Shown piece after piece: positions 29,127 to 40,800 of a stretch of 64,000 nt of DNA (position 1 is the stretch's first letter; each line of letters starts with the position of its first letter). The stretch comes from a virus (Duplodnaviria > Heunggongvirae > Uroviricota > Caudoviricetes > Crassvirales). The notes beneath the pieces are model-generated. The model saw only the letters and a program-made list of their open reading frames with translations. It was not told the DNA's origin and did not search any database. Both the position numbers and the translations under genes were made by a program. The stretch is taken from the IMG/VR virus record IMGVR_UViG_3300034082_001032; one strand, written 5' to 3'.

Positions 29127-31709
29127 TTATCTATTTTTTTTCAGTAGATCTTCTACAGTGTTTGTTCCAATATTGTTAATTACTCCAATTACACCATCTT
29201 CTGTAAGGAATCCTTGTTGATTAAGAATATCTGTCTTCCATGTATTGCCATCATATACATACATCCTAACACTATACTTATCACTAGGACCACCATTGTT
29301 AAAAGGATTACCTTCTACATCAAGTCTAACTTTAGGAGCTATTGCAGTTTTTGCCAAACCAGGAATATTGTATCCAGTAAAATAAGCATTAACAGCAGCA
29401 GATTCATCATTTCCACCAGCAAGATTTGTAGTGTGATTTGGTGATGACATTACAGCATACTTAACACTGTTCAAAGGATGTGTTTGTGCATAGTCTGGGA
29501 AGAAAGAACTAAACTCATTTGTAGTCATTGGAACTATTTGAGTGGTTGACCCATCTGTAACAATCATATTAGCACTACCATCATACTTCTTTTCAATAGT
29601 ATATTTTGTATTAGGATTCTTTTGTAGCTCTGTAAGGGCAGATGGACTAAATTGTTCTTTACGTTCAACGTCCACTTGACCAAGAGTTTCGTATTCACGA
29701 AACTTATTTCCTAAAAGATTATCAATGCGTCTCTTAACATTCTCATTCTTTGAATCTATTGTACCAATAGCCACTTGATATTCAGGCATTCTTTTTGCCA
29801 ATTCAGATGATTGATAATCAAGCTTTTGTTTTACTGTACCTGCAAGAGCTGGTTGATACTTCTTCTCAAGATCAATACCTTTGTTAATTATTGAACTTTC
29901 AACAGAAGTTAACGGTTGTCCACTAAAACGTTTACTGTAAGCTCTTGCAATTGGTTCATATTTAGTTCCTTTATATTTAGCTAAAAGTCCTTGAGAATCA
30001 ATTGTAACTTTTGCTTGTGTTCCACCATAACCTCCACCTTCACTTCTTATAAACTTCTTAGCGTCATTCACTACAGAGAAAAGTTCTTCTGCACTATATA
30101 ACTGTTTTCCATTTGCAAAATTAACACCACCTTCAGATCCCATCGCTTTAGCAATCTGCTCATCAAACTGTTTACTTCCTTCATGTACAGTTTTAAACAA
30201 ATTGTTTTTCTGTGCAATGTCTATTTCAAATCCTCTCTTTCTTTCTACATATTCTTTTTGTAGAGGATCTTTTATGCTTCTTGGATTAATATTATAATCA
30301 TCAACAAGCTTTTGTAAAGCCTTTTGTCTTTCACCTGCTGATAATTTTGAAAATAATTGAGGAGCATATTCTGAATCAAGTTGTTTTGATGCTTGACCAG
30401 CAGCTTCTATTTGTGTGTTAAGTTCAGCAAGAGTGGGCATCTTTGTACTTGTAGAAAGACCTCCAGGAGTTACAACAGGAGCTTCAAGCATTGATTTTCT
30501 CACTCTTTCTGTTTCTTCAGCTTGAAACTTTTGTATATTTAGAGCATGAGTAGCTGCCCACTCTGCGTGTTCTTGTCTAGCTCTATTAACTGAGAACTCC
30601 AATTTCTTTTTCTCCATATTCATCTGAGCATATGGATTACTTTGAATTTCTTGGACATAGCTCTGATAAGACATATCTTGAGCTAAGTTGGTCAAGTATT
30701 TCTGTGTATACAGTTTAGATTTATAATCTTCTATATTGGTTATACTATCTAATCTAGATAGTTCAGATCTTAACTCGCTATCGAGTTTACCACTCCTGAG
30801 TGTTTCATTTATTCTATTGATCTGTGCTTCTTTTTCTGCTTTTTGTACAGATGTAAGATTTGGGTTTGATTTAAGTTCAACAGACAAATCAACAATCTCA
30901 TCAGATAGCATCTTTTTATTTCTATCGTATGTGGTTTGTAAGTCTCTCTTAAACGTATCTTTAGTTGCTCCTCTGTAATGATACATTCCAGTTACACTAA
31001 GTTGCTGCTTTTCTCTTTCATCCAAACTTGAATAAAAGTTATCAAGTAGTTTTTGAGCAGACTTTCCTTTAGTTTTAACACGAAGCATTGCATCATCAAC
31101 TAAAAAATTACCATTCTTGTCACGGATATAATTACCAGCATTATCTCTTTGGTAAGGAATGTCAATAGAATTATCTATTTCTTTAACTTTTTCAGCAACT
31201 TCTCTTAATTTAGAATCAACATCTATATACTCTAGATAACCACCATTAAAACTGCTGTCAAGTTTTCCATCATTTATCCAGCCTCCTACTTGGGTATCCC
31301 ACCACCAGTCATTCTCAGGAGAAGACTTTCCAGATTTAATTGCTGCCTCTTTGTCTTGTTGTCCTTTTCTAACTTTCTGAGTGGACATGACAGCATTGTT
31401 TACAATTGGATCCTTAACAATCTGTGTAGACATTCCTCCTACAGAGTTGACAAGTTGGAAGTTTGAGAAGTCTCCAGCAGCTACAGTTTTCAACTTGCTT
31501 CCTAATTCATTAAGCTTTGACTGCAGATATTGTTTTTGAAGAGGTTTGACAACATCTAATCCAGCAATACTATCTATATATCCCTGAATTTTCTGAACTC
31601 CCTCATCATACTTCTGCTGTTTGTACATACCCACCTTCACCATAGCATCTACGGGAAGTTGGGAAACATAAGGGTTAAATTGTGATATTGCGTCTGTAAA
31701 TGAAGCCAT
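29127..31709 (-). CDS. Large virion protein (860 aa), function unknown
   Basis: Intact ORF within the co-directional late operon. It has a coiled-coil-rich middle region. Confidence 0.55.
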   Translation of the reverse strand: MASFTDAISQFNPYVSQLPVDAMVKVGMYKQQKYDEGVQKIQGYIDSIAGLDVVKPLQKQYLQSKLNELGSKLKTVAAGDFSNFQLVNSVGGMSTQIVKDPIVNNAVMSTQKVRKGQQDKEAAIKSGKSSPENDWWWDTQVGGWINDGKLDSSFNGGYLEYIDVDSKLREVAEKVKEIDNSIDIPYQRDNAGNYIRDKNGNFLVDDAMLRVKTKGKSAQKLLDNFYSSLDEREKQQLSVTGMYHYRGATKDTFKRDLQTTYDRNKKMLSDEIVDLSVELKSNPNLTSVQKAEKEAQINRINETLRSGKLDSELRSELSRLDSITNIEDYKSKLYTQKYLTNLAQDMSYQSYVQEIQSNPYAQMNMEKKKLEFSVNRARQEHAEWAATHALNIQKFQAEETERVRKSMLEAPVVTPGGLSTSTKMPTLAELNTQIEAAGQASKQLDSEYAPQLFSKLSAGERQKALQKLVDDYNINPRSIKDPLQKEYVERKRGFEIDIAQKNNLFKTVHEGSKQFDEQIAKAMGSEGGVNFANGKQLYSAEELFSVVNDAKKFIRSEGGGYGGTQAKVTIDSQGLLAKYKGTKYEPIARAYSKRFSGQPLTSVESSIINKGIDLEKKYQPALAGTVKQKLDYQSSELAKRMPEYQVAIGTIDSKNENVKRRIDNLLGNKFREYETLGQVDVERKEQFSPSALTELQKNPNTKYTIEKKYDGSANMIVTDGSTTQIVPMTTNEFSSFFPDYAQTHPLNSVKYAVMSSPNHTTNLAGGNDESAAVNAYFTGYNIPGLAKTAIAPKVRLDVEGNPFNNGGPSDKYSVRMYVYDGNTWKTDILNQQGFLTEDGVIGVINNIGTNTVEDLLKKNR

Positions 31710-31796
31710 GTCTGATTAAGTTAGCAAATGTAATTTAAAAAGTAATACCAACCAAGAGCAATAACTACTTTCATTAAGTTGGTATAACTGAGTTGA

Positions 31797-34700
31797 TTAT
31801 AGATTTTTGATAGCTTTTACTATGGAGCCATTTCTATTAACTTTGGCTCCTTTCTTAGCTACCTGTCCAATATTAAACCTAGTGGGAGCACCAGTCTTAA
31901 TTGCTCTTCCTGAAGAATCAAATGTAAACTGAGGGAACATATTTTGATAAACATTCATTGTCATAGACTCAAGTTTACTCTTAGCAATTTTATCTGAGAT
32001 GGAGTTAAGAGCCGCTTGAGCTTGTGCTTTTGTATTAGATCTAGCCTGAGACTGTCTTTGGTATTGAGTATCTAGAATTGCTAGGTTCTTTAAAGTGGAA
32101 TCATTTAATAGTGACCTGTTCCTGTTGTACGCACCCATAGCAAGTCCTTGGTTCTCTCTAAACTCTTGTGCTTTTGCAGCAGCATTGGCAGCATATTTCT
32201 TTGAAGATAGTTCAGATAGAGCTGCTGGATTATATCCCACTCTTCTTTGCAAAGCATTGAAGTCAGCCTGATTAGCATTTAATATATCCTGATAAGAAAC
32301 TGTTTGAGGAGTTTCTAACAAAGGTTTGAATGTTTGTGCTTGTACAGGATCTAATTGATTTGACGCTAGTGCAAACATTTCAGAAGACAAATCAGGAGTC
32401 ACTTTATATCCTCTCCTTGTATATGGTTCAAGAAGTGAGTATGCTACATCTAACACTCCTGGACCTTTCAAAGGAGGAGTGGAAGTTTGCATTGTAGGAG
32501 TTTTTGGAGAAATTGTCTTAGGTGGAACAATTGCAGGAGGTAGCTCACTGTTTAGTCTAGTGGGTTTTTCCAACATAGGCTTACGACCAATGTTCTCTAG
32601 TGCAGCCCTATACCTCTCTGTCCTAGGACCAAAGTATTGATCTACGTTACTTTCAAGATTAGATTTACCTAATCCTTTAGTTTTTCCAAGATTCGTAACA
32701 TCGTATTCACTTAAGATTTGTGTTGCAACTTCTGGATACTTAGCATGGAATGCTCTTTGGAAATCAGCTACAGCTTTGTTAGCACCTTTACCTTTATATT
32801 TTTCTGCCTTAGTGTACAGTTCTCTCAAATCATTATCTGTCACTTGAGAGATGTCTGTAACCTCAACTGCATTTCTTTTACCAGGAACACCTTTAGAAAC
32901 TGTGGCTGGTGGCAAAGGAGCTTGATATCCCCCACCAGGACCAAATGTAGATTGTTCTACAGGATCTCCGTACAAACGAAGACCTCCTTGAGCAGTTTCC
33001 ATCTTAGCACCAAATTTAGCCATCTTCGATCCTTTAAACTTACCTTTAAATAAATCTTCATTAAACTTGTCAACATCTTTATATCCATACTTTTCTGCTT
33101 CCTCATGTATAGATTGTTGAATGTTGGCAGCTGTAATTTTCTTATCAGCAATTCCTTTAAGTTTCATATTTGCACCAGCCATTAGAGCTTTTCCAGAATT
33201 TAACTTTAACAAGTCAAAAGGATTATCACCATTTATTTCATCTACAAGAGACACACCCTTGTCCATAATTTTGTTCTGTTTAACTTCTAGCTTGCTAAGA
33301 TTTTGTCCGTATTTCTGGAATGTTAAACCTTTAGATATTTCTTCACCAAGCTCAGGAGCAAATGTTTTATCAATACGCATTCCTCCAAGAACTGTAGCAG
33401 ATTTCTCAGGTTGTCCGTCAGGTCCTATAGATCCACCATCTTCTGTTTCAAATATAGGTTCTTTAGGTTGCACTTCAACTTTTGATCCTGCATAGTCCAT
33501 TCCTACACCACCATCTTTGTGGTAGTCACCAAATGCTTCATACGTCATACCATCACCAGGCATATATGGATTATAAGACACAGGCTCAATATCACCACCC
33601 CAAAGAGGTTTAAGGTTTCCTCCCATTTGCATATTAGGTCTTTCTGTAGACATAGCTCTTGCACTAGGAGGAGTGTAACTATAATCTTTTAGATGACCAC
33701 CAGATCTCATGATATCTGATTGATTATCAGGACGTAACAAATCTTTTAGTTTGTGTTCACCAAATGTAGCAATCACTTGTGGCTGCCAATCATGACTTAA
33801 ATACTTAAGTCCAACTTCTCCACCATCTTCCATAAATGAACTAAATCGACCTTGTTGTAATTGTTGAAAAGATGCATTTGCTGCATTAGCTTGTCCTTGA
33901 GCCAACATATCATCAATTTTCTTTTGTTGTGCTCCACCAATTACACCACCAAGTAAGGAACCAGCAGCACTACCGATAACACCACCAAGAGGTCCTCCTA
34001 ATGCTGTTCCTGCTAATTGACCAAGTCCACCACCAATTTTACTAGCACCAGAGGCTTCACCTTTTCCTCCACCAATATAACTACCAAGTCCACCACCAAG
34101 ATCACCTGCACTATCTGCTCCAAAGGATGTCAAATCTTGTTTCCAATTAGCAAATATAGCACCACCACCTTGGAACTGTTTCACCTTACTGCTTTCATCC
34201 AATGGTTCATAACCAAGATTGGAATAGATGTCTCCAGGATTGTACATATTTTGAATCTCTGTTGGATTACCACCAATCTTTGTACCATCCTCAGCAGTTG
34301 CTTGAAGCACATCATATCCTGTTCCATAAGAACGAGAAAGTTGATTTGGATCAAACATCATATCTTCAGGACGAAGATATCTATTTTTAATATCATCACG
34401 CACGCTAGCAGCTTGTAGTGCAACATCGCTCATAGCAGAAAACTGTTTAGCTCTTAACATGTTTTCTCTGTCTTCTTTAGATTGCACAATGCCTTGTACA
34501 ATATCTAAACCTGCATCAAAAATATTATCTTTAGTTAATTTATTTTCTTTAGGGGGTACTTTAGATACAAAAGGTTTGGGTGATTTTGGTGTAAGGGGTT
34601 TTCCATAATACCTATCCATTCCTGTAATATCATATACAGAAGAATTCACTATATCTTCAGATCTACTGTCTGGTAAACCCATAGGTTGATATTGTTGATA

Positions 34701-34988
34701 AGCAGGAGCATTAAAGTTAAATGGCTGCATGAAAGAAGGTGTTTGCAAATTTGCTTTCAAAGGCATTCCTGCATATTGATATTGTGGAACATCTACACCA
34801 TCCTGAGCCTGTGGAGGATTAGCAAAATCAGTAAGCTGGATCAATTGCTTCTTAACCATAGCTGATCCCATTTTAGCTTTTTTAAATGCACCACCATGTT
34901 TAGCCATAAACTCAGCCTCTGTACCATACTTAGCGTACAACTCAGCTTCAGATTTAACACCAGCAATTTTTAAAATGTCTTTCTTCAT
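31797..34988 (-). CDS. Large virion protein (1063 aa) with a Gly-rich flexible segment, possibly a tape-measure or ejection protein
   Basis: 'GGGLGSYIGGGKGEASGASKIGGGLGQLAGTALGGPLGGVIGSAAGSLLGGVIGG' low-complexity glycine zipper. The ORF is otherwise intact. Confidence 0.5.
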   Translation of the reverse strand: MKKDILKIAGVKSEAELYAKYGTEAEFMAKHGGAFKKAKMGSAMVKKQLIQLTDFANPPQAQDGVDVPQYQYAGMPLKANLQTPSFMQPFNFNAPAYQQYQPMGLPDSRSEDIVNSSVYDITGMDRYYGKPLTPKSPKPFVSKVPPKENKLTKDNIFDAGLDIVQGIVQSKEDRENMLRAKQFSAMSDVALQAASVRDDIKNRYLRPEDMMFDPNQLSRSYGTGYDVLQATAEDGTKIGGNPTEIQNMYNPGDIYSNLGYEPLDESSKVKQFQGGGAIFANWKQDLTSFGADSAGDLGGGLGSYIGGGKGEASGASKIGGGLGQLAGTALGGPLGGVIGSAAGSLLGGVIGGAQQKKIDDMLAQGQANAANASFQQLQQGRFSSFMEDGGEVGLKYLSHDWQPQVIATFGEHKLKDLLRPDNQSDIMRSGGHLKDYSYTPPSARAMSTERPNMQMGGNLKPLWGGDIEPVSYNPYMPGDGMTYEAFGDYHKDGGVGMDYAGSKVEVQPKEPIFETEDGGSIGPDGQPEKSATVLGGMRIDKTFAPELGEEISKGLTFQKYGQNLSKLEVKQNKIMDKGVSLVDEINGDNPFDLLKLNSGKALMAGANMKLKGIADKKITAANIQQSIHEEAEKYGYKDVDKFNEDLFKGKFKGSKMAKFGAKMETAQGGLRLYGDPVEQSTFGPGGGYQAPLPPATVSKGVPGKRNAVEVTDISQVTDNDLRELYTKAEKYKGKGANKAVADFQRAFHAKYPEVATQILSEYDVTNLGKTKGLGKSNLESNVDQYFGPRTERYRAALENIGRKPMLEKPTRLNSELPPAIVPPKTISPKTPTMQTSTPPLKGPGVLDVAYSLLEPYTRRGYKVTPDLSSEMFALASNQLDPVQAQTFKPLLETPQTVSYQDILNANQADFNALQRRVGYNPAALSELSSKKYAANAAAKAQEFRENQGLAMGAYNRNRSLLNDSTLKNLAILDTQYQRQSQARSNTKAQAQAALNSISDKIAKSKLESMTMNVYQNMFPQFTFDSSGRAIKTGAPTRFNIGQVAKKGAKVNRNGSIVKAIKNL

Positions 34989-35009
34989 AATATGTTATTG
35001 TACAGGTTT

Positions 35010-36353
35010 TTATTTATATTTCTCTAACCAACCACCGTTCTTTTTCTTTTTTGTTTCATAATATCCAGAAACATTTCCAGGACTTGATATTTTATTTTCC
35101 ATAAAGTCTTTATTCAGATTTTTTATAAATTCTTCACCTTCTTTATCTGAGGCAAAGTATTGTGAGTTTCCTGAATAATCTACTCTGTAAGGAAGATTGG
35201 GAACAGTTTTATTCAGAGCAGTGGGCGTTTCCATTTTACTAATAGGCACAACAAGATCTTTTTTTGTTTCTCGTTGTGGTTTTGATTCTGGTTTTTTAGG
35301 TTCAGGCTTTTTATACTTAACAGGCTGTACAGGTTTTTTATAGATAGGATATCTAGTACTAATAGCTTTACCAAGGTCAGTATCTAAATACACTTTCAAT
35401 TCTTTACCTGACTTAGTAGGATAATAATTAAAATATCTTGGATTCCCTTTTTCATCTCTATCAAAACCACCTCCTGGATTTTGTAAAATTCCATACTTAA
35501 TTGCTCCTATTTTAGGATTTACATCCTTGTCAACATATCCATCTGTTGTCCACTCTTCTACATAAGAAGGATTAAATCCTTTAGAAGTAATAGTATTTAT
35601 ATAGTTACTTTTAGCGTCTTTAAATTTATTATATAAACTTAAGCTGTCTTGATATGATTTAATTCTTTTATCTTTTGGATTCTCTGTATATATAGTGGGA
35701 AGTTGACTTTCTTTTGCTATAGGTTTTTTGTATAAATATTGATTACCTTTTTCTGTATACATACCTATTCTAGGATCTTTAGGATTATCTAAATATATAG
35801 GTGGATACTTCTTTGTATATGCAACGCCTGGATTTGGAACTATCTTTCCACCTGGTTGCATTACAGGGTATTCTGTTACTGATTCTCCATCAAACTCATA
35901 GTCTTCTCCAGGATACATCATTTGTGTGTCTCCTGTATCAGAAATGCCAAGAAGGGGTTCATACACTCCTTGCATTGTTATTTCATTACTTCCTATTTCT
36001 ACAGGTTCTCCCCAGTTATCAGGATTCCAATAACCCATGTCATCCTTCTTTATTTTAGATCCCTGCTTACTAATATTCCTAGGTTTCCAATCTAGTCCTT
36101 CTTGGTAGAATTTCATTTCCATTCCATTCTGTGCACTAGCCTTTGTCTTCTTTGCATAAGGACCATTGGAAGGAATACCTCCCGTACGTGCATACGTGAA
36201 TCCTACAGCACCAGGCATAGATCCTCCCATCTGCATTGTGCCACCCCATGCACCATTGTAATTGAAACCAATGTCTGTCAATCCACCCATTGTTCCTTCT
36301 ATACCATTTTGTGCTATAGATATGTCCTTATATTTATCAAGCCACTTTTTCAT
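35010..36353 (-). CDS. Virion/tail protein (447 aa), unknown function
   Basis: Intact ORF. Its ATG at 36353 overlaps the stop of the upstream gene. Confidence 0.5.
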   Translation of the reverse strand: MKKWLDKYKDISIAQNGIEGTMGGLTDIGFNYNGAWGGTMQMGGSMPGAVGFTYARTGGIPSNGPYAKKTKASAQNGMEMKFYQEGLDWKPRNISKQGSKIKKDDMGYWNPDNWGEPVEIGSNEITMQGVYEPLLGISDTGDTQMMYPGEDYEFDGESVTEYPVMQPGGKIVPNPGVAYTKKYPPIYLDNPKDPRIGMYTEKGNQYLYKKPIAKESQLPTIYTENPKDKRIKSYQDSLSLYNKFKDAKSNYINTITSKGFNPSYVEEWTTDGYVDKDVNPKIGAIKYGILQNPGGGFDRDEKGNPRYFNYYPTKSGKELKVYLDTDLGKAISTRYPIYKKPVQPVKYKKPEPKKPESKPQRETKKDLVVPISKMETPTALNKTVPNLPYRVDYSGNSQYFASDKEGEEFIKNLNKDFMENKISSPGNVSGYYETKKKKNGGWLEKYK

Positions 36354-37225
36354 TACTTGTAGGAGATTTGAGCAGGTGTGTAAATAAATTGACTAACCAA
36401 ATGTACGTCATCTTTGTCATCTAATATATGCCTCACCTTTAGATCTTTAGCTCTTAGAGGTTCTTTTTTGAAACTGCGTTTGGAGTAGTCCATATTCACT
36501 TGGTTAACAACTTTATCAATTGACATAGACTCACAAGTTGAGTTGAATAGTGTAACTGTCTTATCCTTAACCAATCCCCAGAATGTATTATATTGATAGA
36601 AGTTATCACTCTTTGTGAACGTAATTGTCTTACTATCAACGTTATACACAGGATACTTCATGTATTCTTTTAGGTTGTGCATTGGTTTGGGAACCAACTT
36701 AAGAACACCTGAAGACTGCTGATCGTTGTACAATACAGCTTTATTGAAATATTGATTGTCTGTTTGTACTTTCCTACTGTCATCAAATACACCATCCGTA
36801 CTAGGGAAGTATCTGTATGCCTTAGTGTAGTCTTTTACATTCTGTAAAATCTCATCATGATATTGATATGCAAATGGATATTCAATCATGTACGGTCTAA
36901 TACATCCGTAATATGTATTGTATATTACAGGATTCGTAAGATGTCTCCACAGAGATGCCGTGTTCTTTTCTTGAAACTTAATAGCAGCTAATTCTGTTAC
37001 ACAAATTTCTGTAACTGGAATGTTCCATACTTTTGAACAACAATTTATCCCTGTAGAAGTTAGAACAACCACTTTTACAGAATCATTTACACTAAGAGCT
37101 AGTCCCTCAATCAACTTCTTCTTGGGCACATCAGTAGCGAGTACATTTCCCATATCATCAGATATGGAAAATGTAGTCACTCTACTGCCAGCCTTTTTCA
37201 ACTTTATGACAATTGTCTTAGACAT
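36353..37225 (-). CDS. Tail-associated protein (290 aa), unknown
   Basis: Intact ORF in the tail block. Confidence 0.5.
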   Translation of the reverse strand: MSKTIVIKLKKAGSRVTTFSISDDMGNVLATDVPKKKLIEGLALSVNDSVKVVVLTSTGINCCSKVWNIPVTEICVTELAAIKFQEKNTASLWRHLTNPVIYNTYYGCIRPYMIEYPFAYQYHDEILQNVKDYTKAYRYFPSTDGVFDDSRKVQTDNQYFNKAVLYNDQQSSGVLKLVPKPMHNLKEYMKYPVYNVDSKTITFTKSDNFYQYNTFWGLVKDKTVTLFNSTCESMSIDKVVNQVNMDYSKRSFKKEPLRAKDLKVRHILDDKDDVHLVSQFIYTPAQISYK

Positions 37226-37235
37226 ATTTATTCAT

Positions 37236-37865
37236 TTACGGTATAGGACATGTTGTACATACATCAGCTAATGTTTCTACACCTTCAACATATGTTTGAT
37301 TATCAAATGATCCTGGAGTAATTGATGTAATTTCTAGATTAGCTCCAGTTTCATTAGGATCAGCTACCAACGTTGTTGTTCCACATGTTTCTCCTGCTAA
37401 AATTGTAACAGTTCCAGATATTGTACTAGTATCAGAAGCTGTCCATGTAACACCAACTGTAAGAGTTGTAGCTACAGGAAAACTAGCATATGCATATATC
37501 AATACATTACCAGATGGATCAGCCTGTTGACTACCGCACGCATCAATTGTTACTGTTAAAGGAGCTGCTGTAGTTGTAGTGGTTGTAGTGCTACTTGTTG
37601 ATGTAGTGCTTGTACTACTAGTTGTAGTTGTAGTGGTGGGAACCAAATAAAGATCTATGTAGTTTGTACATAAAACATTATCTGATTTCACCCTAACTAT
37701 TGTAGCTCCATTAGGAATAAGTGTAGAAGTGTATCCAGCAACTAAAGAAGTTTTACTTACACCTGTTTCAAAAGGAACTGAATATCCGTCAATGTCTGAA
37801 TAAAGATCAAAGGGTCCTGTATCAGCTCCTGCGGTTGTTAATGTTATTAATGCTGTTTGTGCCAT
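37236..37865 (-). CDS. Small fibre/decoration-like protein (209 aa) with a poly-Thr linker, ending in 'CPIP'
   Basis: 'PTTTTTTSSTSTTSTSSTTTTTTTAAPLTVTIDACG' linker separates two beta-rich halves. The 'TTTTTTTAAPL' junction is identical to one in the preceding 1565-aa protein. Confidence 0.5.
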   Translation of the reverse strand: MAQTALITLTTAGADTGPFDLYSDIDGYSVPFETGVSKTSLVAGYTSTLIPNGATIVRVKSDNVLCTNYIDLYLVPTTTTTTSSTSTTSTSSTTTTTTTAAPLTVTIDACGSQQADPSGNVLIYAYASFPVATTLTVGVTWTASDTSTISGTVTILAGETCGTTTLVADPNETGANLEITSITPGSFDNQTYVEGVETLADVCTTCPIP

Positions 37866-37876
37866 ATTCTTATTTA

Positions 37877-40800
37877 TTAAGGAATTGCTGTAGTTGTTGT
37901 TGTGGTGGTGGTTATAGGTTGTATAGTTCCTGCAAGATTACATAGAGGAGCAGCAGTAGTAGTTGTTGTAGTTGTGCTTGTACTAGTTGTTGTGGTTGTG
38001 CTACTACTTGTTGTAGTGGTCGTAGTTATAACCGATATTGTACCAGCCAAATTACAATTAAGTGCAGATATGGTTCCTGCTAAGTCACAATTTGGAATAC
38101 ATGGAACTTCTTCAGCAGCAATTGCTTCAAGATCACAACTTCCATTAATTCCTGAATAGAAGAAATTATTCTCAGCAATATACCAATTAGGAATATAACT
38201 ATGGAAGCTTATCCATGAATTAGTATTGAAGTTGAAAGAGAGAGTCCATGACCTATTACAGAAATACTCTGAATCTGAAAGATCTATAAATGTTTTTACA
38301 ATTATTTCTCCATAAGTTTTATTAATATAAAACTGTTGAACAGAGGCATCATATTTTATATTAACATTCAGAGGAATATAATCCAACTTGGATATAATCA
38401 CCCTGTCAAACTTGCTATCAAATACACCATGTAAACCAACACCATTGAAATGGTTGTCTATGTTTACGTTTGGATAATACCTAAGTATTTCAAATGCTAG
38501 GTGATCTGTAAAGAACCTATTAAGTCCTGAACCAAATCCTGACAAGTCTGTAGCACCGTTTCCTGTTATCAAGAACACTTGTCCTCTCTTGGCATCTATT
38601 GTAATTTGTCCTTGAGGTATCTTTAGAAGCATCTTGTTTTGGCTTCCTACATATCCCAAATCAGTTTCTGCAAAATCAATTGGAGGAGCACTGAACATAT
38701 CAGGATTACCTACATATGCTGCCTGAGGATTACTTGTATTGATTGTAAGTAAGTTATTGTATAACAATGACTTATTTTCAAACCTTGCTAGTATACTTCT
38801 ATTTTGTATACCATCCAATGATGTAAGATTTCCGTAATTCTGTGGAAAATCAAAATATGACAATGGGCGATAGATTAGCCAATTGTTAGTGTTGTTATCT
38901 GTAAACTTCTCTTGTTTATCTGAATATATTGCCCTGAATGGATAGTTTGTTAAACATTCATCAGCAGTCCAATTTATAGGCAGATGGGAGAAAAAGTTTT
39001 CTGTATTCTGCTTAGAGAATGTAGCATTGTAATAATATGTATTATCCTGAGCAATTGTTACAAAGCTTTCTTGCAACCATTCATCAGGAATACCTGTGCT
39101 CACGTGTGGATAGAATTCACCTTCTCTATTGTTAAATGCTTGCCTAAGGTCTACATTCACTGACGACTCGCAGTAGAATGTAGGAATACCATAGGCAAAT
39201 AGATACATCTTTCCATCATAGAATGTTCTATCAGGATTGACAACTGGAGGTGTGTAGTTAGGAAGAGGAACAGGAAGCTGATTGTTTGGACAATCCAAAC
39301 GACTAGCTTTTATAGAAACTATATTTTGAAACTGATAAGTGTCAGATGGTGTAACCACTTCCCAATCATACAGAATAGATCTTGCAGAATACCAATACTC
39401 TGGATAAGCAATATTACCTATCTCATCGTAGAATATATCTGAGTCATCAGGTGCCCCAACTCTATTGTCAATAAAGAATGGAAGTTTAGTTTTAAAAGAA
39501 AACTTATTGATGAATGTGTCTCCACCAAAAACTGTAACAATTGGTTCAGCTGTAGAATCTATATTTCTCTGAAACCCTGTATCAATCGTAGTGTAAGAAT
39601 ATATTTGTCCCCACTGGTTTGCAAATATGTTTTTTATAGATCCATAATACGAAACAGTGGATATAGCAAACTCTTCATTAGGTCTAGCACAATTACTTTG
39701 CAAACCACCATTTGGACTTGGTGTCTCAGAAACAACATATCTTGACAAATCATCAATAGCACTTTGTCCAGAACCAAGTGATAAACTTTGTGTGTTGCTA
39801 GGAAAAGGAAGAGGAATTACATCTTTATCAGTCTTTAAATATATAGATGATTCTCTTTCATAATTGTTGATATTGTATAGATCTCCTACATTTTGTACTC
39901 CAGGGATGAGGTATTGAACAATATCTAGTTCTCTTTGCTTGATTCCAAGATCGTTAGCAATAGGAGCCCAATAATCATATTCTGCTATAGAATTATAAGA
40001 ATATGTAAAGTTTCTTCTAGTGATACCGTTGATGTATATTGTCAAGTAAGATTGATACACAGCAAACATTGCAGAAGCATTGAATGTAGAAGTGATGTCA
40101 CCTACAGCAGCACTTGATTGTAATGCATCTTCTTGAGCTTCTCTACTAAGAAGTTTATATAAGGCATGTTTTTTAACTTCTACAAAATGTGCAGTTCCTG
40201 CACCAAATATTGCATTCTCAAGCTTAAGTATATTTCCAAGAAAAGGACTTCCAAAAGATGTATCAGGAGAATTAAAAACTTGTCTATATCTAGATTCATC
40301 TGTTGTAAATGCGCTCAAGTTGTCTGGATAGCAATAGTTGTTGTATCTCCAACTTGTTTGAGTGATACTAAATATATTATCTCCAGCAATTTTTACAGGT
40401 ACTGTTAAAGCTTTAACATTAATTACTACAGGAATAACTGAACTAACAGTGACGTTCTGTAAAGTGTTTGTTACAGGATCTGTGTAACTAAACACAGTAG
40501 AGCCTTGACTTGTAAGCTCGTATGTTGTATAAACGAATCTTTGTGCTGTATCATACAACAGTGTTGGAGATCCTACTATTGTACCTGAGTTAACTACAGG
40601 CAATGTTAAAGAACATACCACTTTATTAACACCGCTTAAGAAGCTGTCTGTTTTTTGAGTGTTTGTGTTACAATCTGTATAACTATAAGATCCATCAGAT
40701 GTTGGAACTAACTCGTATATATTACACTCACTATTGTAAGAATTACTTTCCTCAAGTAAGAATGGATCTTCTCTAAGGTCATTATATGGATAGTTAGGGA

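Noticed and set aside
37902-38159. Plus-strand ORF encoding poly-Val/Leu (VVVVVVLVLVVVVV)
   Set aside because: It is the antisense of the poly-Thr codons (ACx/GTx) at the C-terminus of the 1565-aa tail protein.
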